Below are positions 19,725-29,144 of a DNA stretch of 64,000 nt, piece after piece. Position 1 is the first letter of the stretch; every line of letters begins with the position of its first letter. The DNA is from a virus. Position numbers and translations under genes: made by a program. Below the pieces are notes generated by a model. The model worked only from the letters and a program-made list of their open reading frames with translations. It had not been told where the DNA came from and did no database searches. The stretch spans positions 32,001-96,000 of the IMG/VR virus record IMGVR_UViG_3300042389_001027. The stretch is one strand, 5' to 3'.

Positions 19725-20969
19725 ATGGGTTTGACAGTGAACTCCATCGCATCTGACGACGCCGACTTTCTGTCTTTGACCGTCCCTGCGGATTGGACTG
19801 CGATAAATGCTGGAACGCTCACTATTGACCTTAACGAAAATAAAAACATCGGTTCTGGTTCGCTTGCCATAGTACCAACAGACACTGCTTCTGAGGTGCG
19901 TTTTAATTATGCCCTTAGTTCTTTGACCGCCAAAACATCATTGGATTTTGTTCGCGATAAAGCGGAATCATACGTGTGGGTGAGAGCAACAAAAAACATA
20001 ACTATCACTCCTACCTTAACCCTTACTAGGGTTATGAGTACAACCCCAACTTCTTCTGACATCGTTGTCGCTACGGGGAGCACGGTGGATATTACTTCTG
20101 GTGAATGGTACCTAGTGCGAACCGACCCTGTTTCTATTCCAGTTTCCCCTGCAAACGCGCATTACCACATATCTCTCACATATGATATTTCTTGTCCATC
20201 GCCCAACACTACAACAGTTTATTTAAATAAACCTACTGTGTATAATCAGTTGGCGTTGCTGCGGAACCTATATCTCATGGATGTGTGGGAAACACTTCCA
20301 CAAATATTCAAAGACCGCGACCTTGAAACACCGCTCCCTAGTTATCCAATACTCCGCCTAATGGAAATCGGGATGGCAGTGCACGGAATTATCTACGACC
20401 TCGCACGAGGATTTCAGTACAACGATATTTCCGAAGGCAAGGACGTGACTGACGTTGAGACACTAAGCCTCTTGACCGACCCTCTCAGGGTTCCGCGTGA
20501 ATACATGCCATGGCTTGCACAATTCACTGGAACAAAACTGCTTAACCCTGTTTCTGGTGCTACGCCTTGGGCAAACCTTCCAGAAACATGGCAAGGTATT
20601 GACGAAATTGACACAACAGTAGACGCTAATGACTCTGTTGCGTGGGGAGAACTACAAGGTTTTGCCCCAGAAATTGCTGGATTGGATGAATTTTTCCAAT
20701 GGCAGATTGAAACTGGTTATTACGGTTATTCCGCAGGTTCCACGGCGGCTATCCGTGAAGCAACGAAACGTGTTCTTACTGGCACAAAAACGTGCACCAT
20801 CACTAAAAGATACACGGGTTCTCCGTGGAAGATGAGAATCCAAACAAAGTATTCCGAGACACCAGATGCCGACGTGACCATGGTGGGTGATTCCATCGGT
20901 GAAATGCTTGAATTAATGGAGCCAGCGCGACCATTAGGGGTCTCTCTTACTCACGAAATTATTGCATAG
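19725..20969 (+). CDS. baseplate wedge / P2 gpI-like tail protein with N-terminal beta domain
   Basis: DPLRVPREYMPWLAQFTG, AGSTAAIRE, RPLGV. Confidence 0.65.
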   Translation: MGLTVNSIASDDADFLSLTVPADWTAINAGTLTIDLNENKNIGSGSLAIVPTDTASEVRFNYALSSLTAKTSLDFVRDKAESYVWVRATKNITITPTLTLTRVMSTTPTSSDIVVATGSTVDITSGEWYLVRTDPVSIPVSPANAHYHISLTYDISCPSPNTTTVYLNKPTVYNQLALLRNLYLMDVWETLPQIFKDRDLETPLPSYPILRLMEIGMAVHGIIYDLARGFQYNDISEGKDVTDVETLSLLTDPLRVPREYMPWLAQFTGTKLLNPVSGATPWANLPETWQGIDEIDTTVDANDSVAWGELQGFAPEIAGLDEFFQWQIETGYYGYSAGSTAAIREATKRVLTGTKTCTITKRYTGSPWKMRIQTKYSETPDADVTMVGDSIGEMLELMEPARPLGVSLTHEIIA

Positions 20970-21003
20970 TTGTATACTTAACAAGCCGCCGTAGGAGATT
21001 TGC

Positions 21004-22494
21004 ATGACAGCCTCACAGACAACCCGTTTTGAACTCTGGACGTGGGAAAGCAGTAACGACGAGTTCACTCGCGTTCAGATGACTGACTCGCACGAACAGT
21101 TGGAAGAATTTTCTGCAAAATTCATGACGGGTGCTGGTTCCCCTTCGGTGACAACAGATGCCACGACAAAAGCATTTTATTGGGACACGACAAATGGAAC
21201 TCTTTTCTTTAGAGGAACTGACATTGACGGAACGAGCCATTCATGGACGCAGATTTCCCATGCGTTTGATACTCCGACACAAATAACCAATACCGCAGCC
21301 TCTGCTGGTACTGGTTCATCTCTCGCTCGCGCGAATCATGTCCATAGCGTAAGTACGGCAACCGCAATTGATATCGCTTCATCCAGTGGTGCTGGTTCTG
21401 GAACTGCGCTCGCTCTTGCGAACCACGCGCACGCTATCCCTACTGGTCATATCACCAACGCGATGATTTCCAACACGGCGGCGATTTCGTCAACCAAGAT
21501 TTCTGGGTCGGTTGCAGCAGCGGATAAATGGAATACTGCACGGACAATCACGCTTGTTGGTGATGTAACTGGTTCGGTGTCTATTGATGGAAATTCAAAC
21601 GTTGAATTAACAGCGACAGTGGTTAATGAAAGCCATGAGCATGCCACACAGTATCAGCCCCTTGATTCTGACCTTACAGCGCTTGCAGGGCTCGCTACGA
21701 CTGGATTTGTTGTCAGAACTGCATCTGGAACAGCGACTACACGCAGTATTAGCGTGTCTGGTTCTGGAATAACTATCTCAAATGGCAATGGTGTAAGCGG
21801 TGACACGACAATAACTCTTGCATCAGCCTCGGCAAACACCGCATCACATCTCGTCTTGCGTGACGCGAGCGGAAACTTTTCGGCTGGAGCAATCACCGCT
21901 ACGCTCTCTGGAAACGCGACGACCGCATCAGCATGGCAAACCGCAAGAACAATTACTGTATCTGGTGACGCTTCTGGAACCGTTTCAATTGATGGTTCCG
22001 ACAATGCATCCCTGTCACTCACTGTCAGTAATGCTGCCCAAGCATCAAAGTGGACAACAGCCCGAACAATCACGCTGTCTGGAGATGCATCAGGTTCCGT
22101 CTCAATTGATGGTAGTAGCGCAACAAACACCCTTTCCGCAACGGTTGCTACAGCATCTGCGTTGCGTACTGCTCGCACTTTTACATTTACGGGTGACGTT
22201 GCGACGACCAATGCTGGCTCTACGGACGTTACGGGAACATTTGATGGCACTGGCTCACCATCGTTCAGTCTCCGAGTAAAAAACGACAGTCACACACACG
22301 ACACCCGTTACTACACAGAAACTGAAATCCACGCCGCAAAGTTGTATCAATACGCCAACAACACAAGTGGCACGGGAACGGCACTCCCGTCAGAGGCTGG
22401 GCGTACCACCCCACGCATATTCGTTCAATCTACTGAACCAACGTATACCTCGCCTGCCGTAGCCGTAACTGGCGACATTTGGTTCCAAATCTGA
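21004..22494 (+). CDS. tail fibre protein
   Basis: About four repeats of W.TARTIT..GD..G.VSIDG; HxH motifs; HTHDTRYYTETE; GDIWFQ end. Confidence 0.75.
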   Translation: MTASQTTRFELWTWESSNDEFTRVQMTDSHEQLEEFSAKFMTGAGSPSVTTDATTKAFYWDTTNGTLFFRGTDIDGTSHSWTQISHAFDTPTQITNTAASAGTGSSLARANHVHSVSTATAIDIASSSGAGSGTALALANHAHAIPTGHITNAMISNTAAISSTKISGSVAAADKWNTARTITLVGDVTGSVSIDGNSNVELTATVVNESHEHATQYQPLDSDLTALAGLATTGFVVRTASGTATTRSISVSGSGITISNGNGVSGDTTITLASASANTASHLVLRDASGNFSAGAITATLSGNATTASAWQTARTITVSGDASGTVSIDGSDNASLSLTVSNAAQASKWTTARTITLSGDASGSVSIDGSSATNTLSATVATASALRTARTFTFTGDVATTNAGSTDVTGTFDGTGSPSFSLRVKNDSHTHDTRYYTETEIHAAKLYQYANNTSGTGTALPSEAGRTTPRIFVQSTEPTYTSPAVAVTGDIWFQI

Positions 22495-22697
22495 TGAATA
22501 CGGGAAAAGTTCACATCTTCTCTGATGGATGCTGGCGGCAAGTCAGGGCTGCGTATTCGTGGCGCAACGGCTGGGTACAGGTACGCTCTCTCCAAGTTAT
22601 GGCAGATACTGGGTGGGTGCGTATCTCATTCGCTGATGGTTCAGAAACACTAGACACTATGGATAATTGGGACGAACTATTAGCGTTGGCGGCTTGA
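22494..22697 (+). CDS. small Trp-rich fibre-associated protein
   Basis: Three GW..V repeats; coupled to the fibre gene. Confidence 0.5.
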   Translation: MNTGKVHIFSDGCWRQVRAAYSWRNGWVQVRSLQVMADTGWVRISFADGSETLDTMDNWDELLALAA

Positions 22698-22698
22698 G

Positions 22699-23031
22699 AT
22701 GTCTGCCGACCAGAAGATTGACCTCCAACTTGATGTCGCCCTAGTTACACGACTCTTACTAGCAGTATTTGGATTCACGACCTTTGCTAATGCCGAGATG
22801 ATTGTTCCTGGGTTTATTGCACTCGCTGCCGTCGGTGTTGTTCTTTTTCACATGCTTGTAGGCAAATATGTGGTGCATCGCCATATCTACATAGCCGCAA
22901 TGTCAACTTGGGGTAGCGCGATTATCGCGTGTGTAACTTATGACGCAGGGTTGACGTGCGTATCAATGTTTTTGTGTTTATATATATATGAACTATTTGT
23001 GTTTAAAAAGTGGGGCTTAATTCATGCCTGA
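22699..23031 (+). CDS. multi-pass membrane protein
   Basis: About four hydrophobic segments. Confidence 0.55.
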   Translation: MSADQKIDLQLDVALVTRLLLAVFGFTTFANAEMIVPGFIALAAVGVVLFHMLVGKYVVHRHIYIAAMSTWGSAIIACVTYDAGLTCVSMFLCLYIYELFVFKKWGLIHA

Positions 23032-23353
23032 CATGACCAATCTCATTGTTGTCATAGGCTCTGTTGCTACTGCCGTAATTTCGGCAGTTGTTGTCATGCG
23101 TGGACAACGAGTGTCTGCGAGCGTTGACATGAAGGGCGTTGAGAATGAACAAGTCAAGACAATTTTTGATGGATACGGCAGCATTGTTGACGACCTGCGT
23201 GCTGAAGTTATACGCCTCAAGGAAGTGATTGAGGGGCTACAATTAGAACAAGACGAATGCCTAAAGAAGAATGATGCTCTTTTGGCAGAAGTTGAGTTGT
23301 TGAAGCAACGCATACATCACTTGGAGGTCAACAATGGACGAACCACTGAGTGA
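23024..23353 (+). CDS. N-terminal TM plus coiled-coil protein (lysis-accessory-like)
   Basis: Hydrophobic N-terminus, heptad-pattern C-terminus. Confidence 0.55.
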   Translation: MPDMTNLIVVIGSVATAVISAVVVMRGQRVSASVDMKGVENEQVKTIFDGYGSIVDDLRAEVIRLKEVIEGLQLEQDECLKKNDALLAEVELLKQRIHHLEVNNGRTTE

Positions 23354-23585
23354 GGATGAGATTCTCCAAAATTTCACGGAGATGGTCAAGGGCTCTTTGC
23401 CCGACAGGGTTGTTACAAATTTCATCATTATTGCCGAAGTGGTCGGCGGTTCTGAAAACGATTTGAGTATTGCAACCTCGGATGGCATGACGCCCTGGCT
23501 TGCTACGGGGATGTTGCAGGCTGGCATGGACATGCTTGCTATGGGTTACCCAATAAGTTCTGATGATGATGAAGAAGATAGTTAA
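23334..23585 (+). CDS. hypothetical protein
   Basis: GGAGG RBS; MTPWLATGML. Confidence 0.55.
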   Translation: MDEPLSEDEILQNFTEMVKGSLPDRVVTNFIIIAEVVGGSENDLSIATSDGMTPWLATGMLQAGMDMLAMGYPISSDDDEEDS

Positions 23586-23673
23586 CAGTTATTACAATTT
23601 ACTCTTAGCGACTTACCATCGCACAGGGGTGTTTTTGGTCTAAAATCAAGAGTATCTACGTCTCGGAGAACCA

Positions 23674-24021
23674 ATGATTGCTGGTATTTACAACATAACA
23701 TGTGAGCAGGGTTCTACTTTTACGCGCACGTTTACTATCCAGAATCCTGATGGCACGATTTATCCGCTGTCCACATTCAAGGCGCGGATGCATATCCGCC
23801 GAGACGTTGACTCAACCACGGCGATGTTTAACGCCACAACGGAAAACGGTTGTATTGAGATTGAACCAAGCGTTGGTGAAATCATAGTTGACTTGACAGC
23901 ACAACAAACCGCTACATTGACACGAAACGGCGTTTATGACCTTGAGATTTATACCGACGATGGTCTGGTCTACAAGGTTGTCAAGGGTTTGTTTAGGGTT
24001 GAAAAAGAGGTGACGCGATGA
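23674..24021 (+). CDS. small virion structural protein (BppU N-terminal-like)
   Basis: YNITCEQGSTF..ARMHIR..LTAQQTA..GVYDLEI..V.G.F.V..EVTR. Confidence 0.65.
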   Translation: MIAGIYNITCEQGSTFTRTFTIQNPDGTIYPLSTFKARMHIRRDVDSTTAMFNATTENGCIEIEPSVGEIIVDLTAQQTATLTRNGVYDLEIYTDDGLVYKVVKGLFRVEKEVTR

Positions 24022-24194
24022 GTGGCGAAAACATTGTCGTCGTAGAAGAACTACGAAACACCGTAACTGTTGACGAGGAAGCACCCAATCAGGTGACAGT
24101 GAGTATCAACGGAAGCCCCCTGCGCGCCACTTCAACGACCCTTCTTCATGGAGTAGGCGCCCCATGGACAATTGAGATTGAAGTGGTGGCATAG
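24018..24194 (+). CDS. small structural protein (58 aa)
   Basis: MSGENIVVVEELRNTVTV...LLHGVGAPWTIEIEVVA; GAGG RBS; ATGA overlap. Confidence 0.55.
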   Translation: MSGENIVVVEELRNTVTVDEEAPNQVTVSINGSPLRATSTTLLHGVGAPWTIEIEVVA

Positions 24195-24532
24195 TGCCTG
24201 CTTTTATTGCATCAGATTACGGCTCAATTGGCGACTACTACATTGACGTTGAAACTGGAGACTTTTACGGTCCGAAAACTGGAGAAGGTTGGCCTGATAC
24301 ACCGTTCTTTACGGCTGTCACAACGGTTACTCAGCAGAATGAACGCCATGTTTATACACAGGGTTCACCTTCTGCGACTTGGTCAATTACCCATCCATTA
24401 GGCGGGCGCCCTTCAGTTACAGTCGTTGATACTGCAGGAACCATGGTTATTGGTGAGGTAACATATAATAGCAACACACAGGTCACTGTGAATTTTACTT
24501 CAGCATTCTCTGGGTTCGCATACCTCACATAG
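24194..24532 (+). CDS. virion structural protein
   Basis: GDYYIDVETGDFYGPK and HTQ-like..WSITHPLGGRPSVTVVD..FSGFAYL motifs. Confidence 0.65.
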   Translation: MPAFIASDYGSIGDYYIDVETGDFYGPKTGEGWPDTPFFTAVTTVTQQNERHVYTQGSPSATWSITHPLGGRPSVTVVDTAGTMVIGEVTYNSNTQVTVNFTSAFSGFAYLT

Positions 24533-24547
24533 TCAAAGGTCGGTTTA

Positions 24548-25837
24548 ATGGCTACCAAATTTGTAACAAATCTTGACCTCGTTCAGAACCAGATTCTCAA
24601 CGGACGGTTTGAGAGCGTTGCCAGCGACCCCGCAGTGGACAACTTTGAGGGTCGCCTCATCTACAACACCACCGAAGACACCATCAAGGTTTACTCTGGT
24701 TCAGCATGGCGCAAAATGCTTCACGGCATTTCCTCTACTGGTTCTGCCTCTGAAGCCATCACCATCAGCGAATCCAATGGTGCCGTAACAATCACTCCAA
24801 ACCTCGCAACGTCGTCTGATGACGGCGTAATGTCGGCTGCGGATAAATTAAAACTAGACGACGCTACCGCTGATGCAACCGCCTCAAAACTAGTAATCCG
24901 CGATTCGTCAGGTAACGCAAAGGTTGCAACTCCGACCGATGCAGCACATATTGCCACGAAGGGCTATGTTGATGCTGCGCGTCAAGGTCTTGACGTCAAG
25001 CAGTCGGTGAGGGTTGCAACCACCGCACCAATCAACCTAGCAACAGACCTACAGGCTGGCGACACCATTGATGGCATCACGCTTGTTGCTGGCGACCGTG
25101 TCCTTGTCAAGAATCAGGGAACAGCCTCAGAGAACGGTATCTACGTTGCGGTTGCTTCTGGTGCCGCAAGTCGCTCTTCTGATGCAAACGGAACTCCCGA
25201 CACTGGTGAAATTACTTCAGGAACATTCGTGTTCGTTGAGACAGGAACTGTCAACTTTGACTCAGGTTTCGTCGTCACAACAGACGGAACTATCACTGTT
25301 GGTACTACGGGAATCACGTGGACACAGTTCTCTGGTGCTGGCTCGTTTGAGGCTGGCGATGGTCTTTCAAAGTCTGGCACACAGGTCAACGTCAACGTAA
25401 CCGCAGACAGAACAGCAATTACTGCTGACGCAATTGACATTGCTTCTACGTATGTCGGTCAAAGTAGCATCACGACACTTGGCACCATCTCAACTGGTAC
25501 GTGGGAAGCAACAGATGTTGGTATCGCATATGGCGGTACTAACGCCTCAACAGAGTCGGCTGCTCGTCAAAACCTTGCTGCTGGTGGAACTCAAGGAAGT
25601 GGCGTCTCCACCCCAACCCTTGCTCGGGTTATCAACAAAACAATTGGCAACAACTCCGCTACGTCATTCACTATTGAGCATGGGTTTGCCACACGAGACG
25701 TAATCGTCCAAGTTTACGACGCAGCAACGTACGACACAGTAATCTGCGACGTTGTCCGCACTGACACAAACACCGTTACGTGCGCATTCTCTGTTGCCCC
25801 AGCGTCTAACGCTTACAAAGTTGTAATCACTGGTTAG
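24548..25837 (+). CDS. fibre/structural protein
   Basis: ATKGYVD..GLDVKQSVRVATT..GDRVLVKNQ..ENGIYV; C-terminal H.F.TRDV.VQVYD. Confidence 0.75.
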   Translation: MATKFVTNLDLVQNQILNGRFESVASDPAVDNFEGRLIYNTTEDTIKVYSGSAWRKMLHGISSTGSASEAITISESNGAVTITPNLATSSDDGVMSAADKLKLDDATADATASKLVIRDSSGNAKVATPTDAAHIATKGYVDAARQGLDVKQSVRVATTAPINLATDLQAGDTIDGITLVAGDRVLVKNQGTASENGIYVAVASGAASRSSDANGTPDTGEITSGTFVFVETGTVNFDSGFVVTTDGTITVGTTGITWTQFSGAGSFEAGDGLSKSGTQVNVNVTADRTAITADAIDIASTYVGQSSITTLGTISTGTWEATDVGIAYGGTNASTESAARQNLAAGGTQGSGVSTPTLARVINKTIGNNSATSFTIEHGFATRDVIVQVYDAATYDTVICDVVRTDTNTVTCAFSVAPASNAYKVVITG

Positions 25838-25845
25838 GAGTAATC

Positions 25846-26040
25846 ATGAAACTGACAGCCCAAAATAAAGCAATGCTTGCATCGTATGCTCGTACAGCAA
25901 TTTCTGCTGGTATCGCTGTTTACCTTGCTGGCAACCACGACGTTAAAGCCATTGGTGCTGCTGCGTTTGCCGCTATCTCTGGTCCTTTGATGCGTTGGCT
26001 AAATCCATCAGACCCAGCATTTGGGCGCGGAGCAAAGTAA
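25846..26040 (+). CDS. holin-like small membrane protein
   Basis: MLASYAR..two TM..PLMRWLNPSDPAFG, an actinophage-type holin pattern. Confidence 0.6.
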   Translation: MKLTAQNKAMLASYARTAISAGIAVYLAGNHDVKAIGAAAFAAISGPLMRWLNPSDPAFGRGAK

Positions 26041-26088
26041 TTTTTCTTAGACCCCGAGGGGTCGCCGACATAGGAAGCGATTGAGGTC

Positions 26089-28818
26089 GTGACACGATTT
26101 TTGGGTACACCCCTCAGAGGGGAAGATTTTAGTTCTTCTAGTTCCGAGGCATTCTCGGCAAAAGTCGCGTCCGATACTCAGGCTCGTATTCGCATTGATG
26201 CGGGTGGGCGAATCACATGGGGTAGTGGTTCTGCTGCTGGCGATGTTTACGTCTATCGCTTTGCTGACAATGTTATTAAATTTGTTGGCAATGTTGCTGT
26301 TGACGCACTATTCGTTGACGGCATAGAAATTGATACTACTGGAGCCACTCTTAACCAAGTGCTCAAATATGATGGTACAAAGTTTGCTCCTGGTACCAAC
26401 GTAGCAACGGTTGAAGATATTGATGACATTGGCGATGTTGTATTAACAACACCTGCCGTCGGTGAAGTTTTACGTTTTGACGGTGGGAACTGGGTCAATG
26501 ACGTCATTCCTGAGATTAACGCGCTTGACGACATTGCGGGAGTTGTAATTACGAGCCCGTCTGCATACCAGACGCTTTCATATGATGGGACAAACTGGAT
26601 TAACTCGGATTCATCCGTAGCAACCCTTGTTACTAACGCTGAAGCAACATCTTTGGCGGTGGGTGAAGTTGTTTACCTTTATGGCGCTCAGGGCGATAGG
26701 GCGACAGTTAAGCGTGCCTCTAACTTATCCGACGCGACATCATCTAAGACTGTTGGTATTGTCGCCCAAATAATTGCGCCTAATGGGGTGGGTGCTGTTG
26801 TAACGCAAGGCTATGTCACTGGGATTAATACGTCGGCTTACACCCCCGGCGATATTCTGTGGCTTTCGTCAACGGCAGGACAATACACCACGACAAAACC
26901 GAGCGCCCCAAACCACCTTGTCTTCATCGGTGTCGTAGCACGAGCAAATGTTGGCAACGGAATTATTTATGTCAAAACCCAGAATGGTTACGAACTAGAC
27001 GAACTCCACGATGTCTCCATAGCAAGCAGAGTGTCTGGAGATTTTCTAAAATATGACGGTTCGGTATGGGTCAATGACCAAATCAACCTTGGCACCGACA
27101 CGGTTGGCAACTATGTTTCAGACGTCACCGCAGGCACTGGTGTAACCGTAACTCACACCCCATCAGAGGGGTCTAGCCCAACGATTGCAATTGGACAGGC
27201 AGTTGCGACTACAGACTCACCTACATTTGCTGGCGCAACATTGGATGGCGTCCAAATTGGTGTAACTGCCGCAAATGAGATTGATACTGCCTCTGGAAAC
27301 CTGACTATTGACTCTGCTGGTGGAACGGTCACAATTGACGACAACCTAACTGTCGCAGGTAACCTCACAGTTAATGGAACAACAGTTACCGTCAATTCTA
27401 CTGTAACCACAATTGATGACCCCGTCCTTACTCTCGGTGGCGACACCGCACCAGGCTCAGATGACAATAAAGACCGTGGTATTGAATTCAGATACCACAA
27501 CGGCGCAGCACCAAAACTAGGTTTCTTCGGCTACGACGACTCCACTGGTCGTTTCGTAATGATTCCAGATGCCACTAATACGAGTGAAGTGTTCTCTGGG
27601 ACTGTTGGAGATATTCAGGCAAGTACATTCTTTGGTGCACTGTCTGGTAATGCATCCACTGCGACGTCATTGCAGACTTCTCGGACGATTGAACTTACTG
27701 GTGATGTAACTGGTTCGGCATTATTTGATGGGACCACAAACGCTTCCATTACTGCAACTATTGCCGCGAATTCTGTTGCTCTTGGCGCTGATACCACTGG
27801 CAATTACATGGTTGACGTGTCGGCTGGGACTGGAATAAGTGTCAGCCACACGCAGGCAGAAGGTTCTACTGCAACAGTTTCTTTGGACGCAGGGTTAGAC
27901 ACTTTAACTGATGTAACTATTACATCAGCAACTACCAATGATTTTCTTAAATATACTGGTAGTGCGTGGGTTAATGAGCCAATTGATTTAAGCACAGACA
28001 CAACTGGAAGTTACGTTCAGTCACTAGTTGCAGGGACAGGCGTAACCATCACGAACAACTCTGGTGAAGGCGCAACCCCAACAATAGCGATTGGGCAAGC
28101 AGTTTCTACAACAAGCAACGTCACGTTCAATGACGTAACTGTTGCTGGAAACCTCAATGTCACTGGAAGCACTTTCGGTAGCGCGACCCTTGACGTTGAC
28201 AACTTCAAAATTACACTCAATGCGAGCGTCACGGGAGCACCAACTCTCAATGGTGAAATTGAAGTGAACCGTGGTACCTCAGCGGATGTTCGTATCCGCT
28301 GGAACGAGTCTTCAGACCTCTGGGAATACACAAACGACGGTTCATCGTATTCTCGTATTGGTTCTGCCCTGATGACGGTATCGGACACACCGCCATCAAG
28401 CCCATACACAGGCGACCTGTGGTTTGAGTCAGATAGCGGCATTACATTTGTTCGCTACGATAGCCATTGGATTGAAATTGGGGCATCTGGTATTGGTGCT
28501 GTTACGTCAGATACTGCGCCATCCAGCCCTGCAAACGGTCAGATTTGGTTTGAGTCCGACACTAGCCAACTCAAGATTTATTATGGCGGTTCTTGGATTC
28601 AGGTCGGCGGTTCTGATGCAGTCAATGTCATTAATGCAATTAACGCAAAGGGCGACCTTATTGTCGGCACCGCTAATGATACGGTCACTCGCCTTGGCTC
28701 AGGGACAAACGGTGATGTCCTGACTGCTAATTCTTCTACTACATCTGGTTTAGAGTGGGTTTCGCGCGCAGCAATCGCCGACGACTTTGCCGTGGCGAGT
28801 ATAATGGGCGCATACTGA
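26089..28818 (+). CDS. large repetitive fibre/virion protein
   Basis: Repeats of LD...DV.I....L.Y.G..W.N, DT.G.Y...AGTG and SDT.PSSP..G..WFESD. Confidence 0.75.
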   Translation: MTRFLGTPLRGEDFSSSSSEAFSAKVASDTQARIRIDAGGRITWGSGSAAGDVYVYRFADNVIKFVGNVAVDALFVDGIEIDTTGATLNQVLKYDGTKFAPGTNVATVEDIDDIGDVVLTTPAVGEVLRFDGGNWVNDVIPEINALDDIAGVVITSPSAYQTLSYDGTNWINSDSSVATLVTNAEATSLAVGEVVYLYGAQGDRATVKRASNLSDATSSKTVGIVAQIIAPNGVGAVVTQGYVTGINTSAYTPGDILWLSSTAGQYTTTKPSAPNHLVFIGVVARANVGNGIIYVKTQNGYELDELHDVSIASRVSGDFLKYDGSVWVNDQINLGTDTVGNYVSDVTAGTGVTVTHTPSEGSSPTIAIGQAVATTDSPTFAGATLDGVQIGVTAANEIDTASGNLTIDSAGGTVTIDDNLTVAGNLTVNGTTVTVNSTVTTIDDPVLTLGGDTAPGSDDNKDRGIEFRYHNGAAPKLGFFGYDDSTGRFVMIPDATNTSEVFSGTVGDIQASTFFGALSGNASTATSLQTSRTIELTGDVTGSALFDGTTNASITATIAANSVALGADTTGNYMVDVSAGTGISVSHTQAEGSTATVSLDAGLDTLTDVTITSATTNDFLKYTGSAWVNEPIDLSTDTTGSYVQSLVAGTGVTITNNSGEGATPTIAIGQAVSTTSNVTFNDVTVAGNLNVTGSTFGSATLDVDNFKITLNASVTGAPTLNGEIEVNRGTSADVRIRWNESSDLWEYTNDGSSYSRIGSALMTVSDTPPSSPYTGDLWFESDSGITFVRYDSHWIEIGASGIGAVTSDTAPSSPANGQIWFESDTSQLKIYYGGSWIQVGGSDAVNVINAINAKGDLIVGTANDTVTRLGSGTNGDVLTANSSTTSGLEWVSRAAIADDFAVASIMGAY

Positions 28819-28838
28819 GATGATTGAGGTCAATCAAA

Positions 28839-29144
28839 ATGGCTAATACAGCAAAAGTTCTTTTTAGAGGAGCGGCTACAACTAATACAAATACTGTTTT
28901 GTATACAGCACCTTCCTCAACGTCTACAGTTGTAACGAATATTGTTGTTACAAATAATTCGTCTAGCCCAGCAACGTTTACCATTTCCCTAGATGGCGTG
29001 GTGCTCGCTCCAACTGTTGCAATCAGCGGTTACTCAATGACATCTCTTGACATCCGACAAGTACTTGCCACAACAGACACGCTCACTGGTGGGGCATCTA
29101 CTACGTCGGTTAACTTTCACATTAGCGGAATGGAAATTGCGTAA
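28839..29144 (+). CDS. small beta-rich virion protein
   Basis: LYTAPSSTSTVVTNIVVTN..ISGME; similar to 32157..32516. Confidence 0.6.
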   Translation: MANTAKVLFRGAATTNTNTVLYTAPSSTSTVVTNIVVTNNSSSPATFTISLDGVVLAPTVAISGYSMTSLDIRQVLATTDTLTGGASTTSVNFHISGMEIA

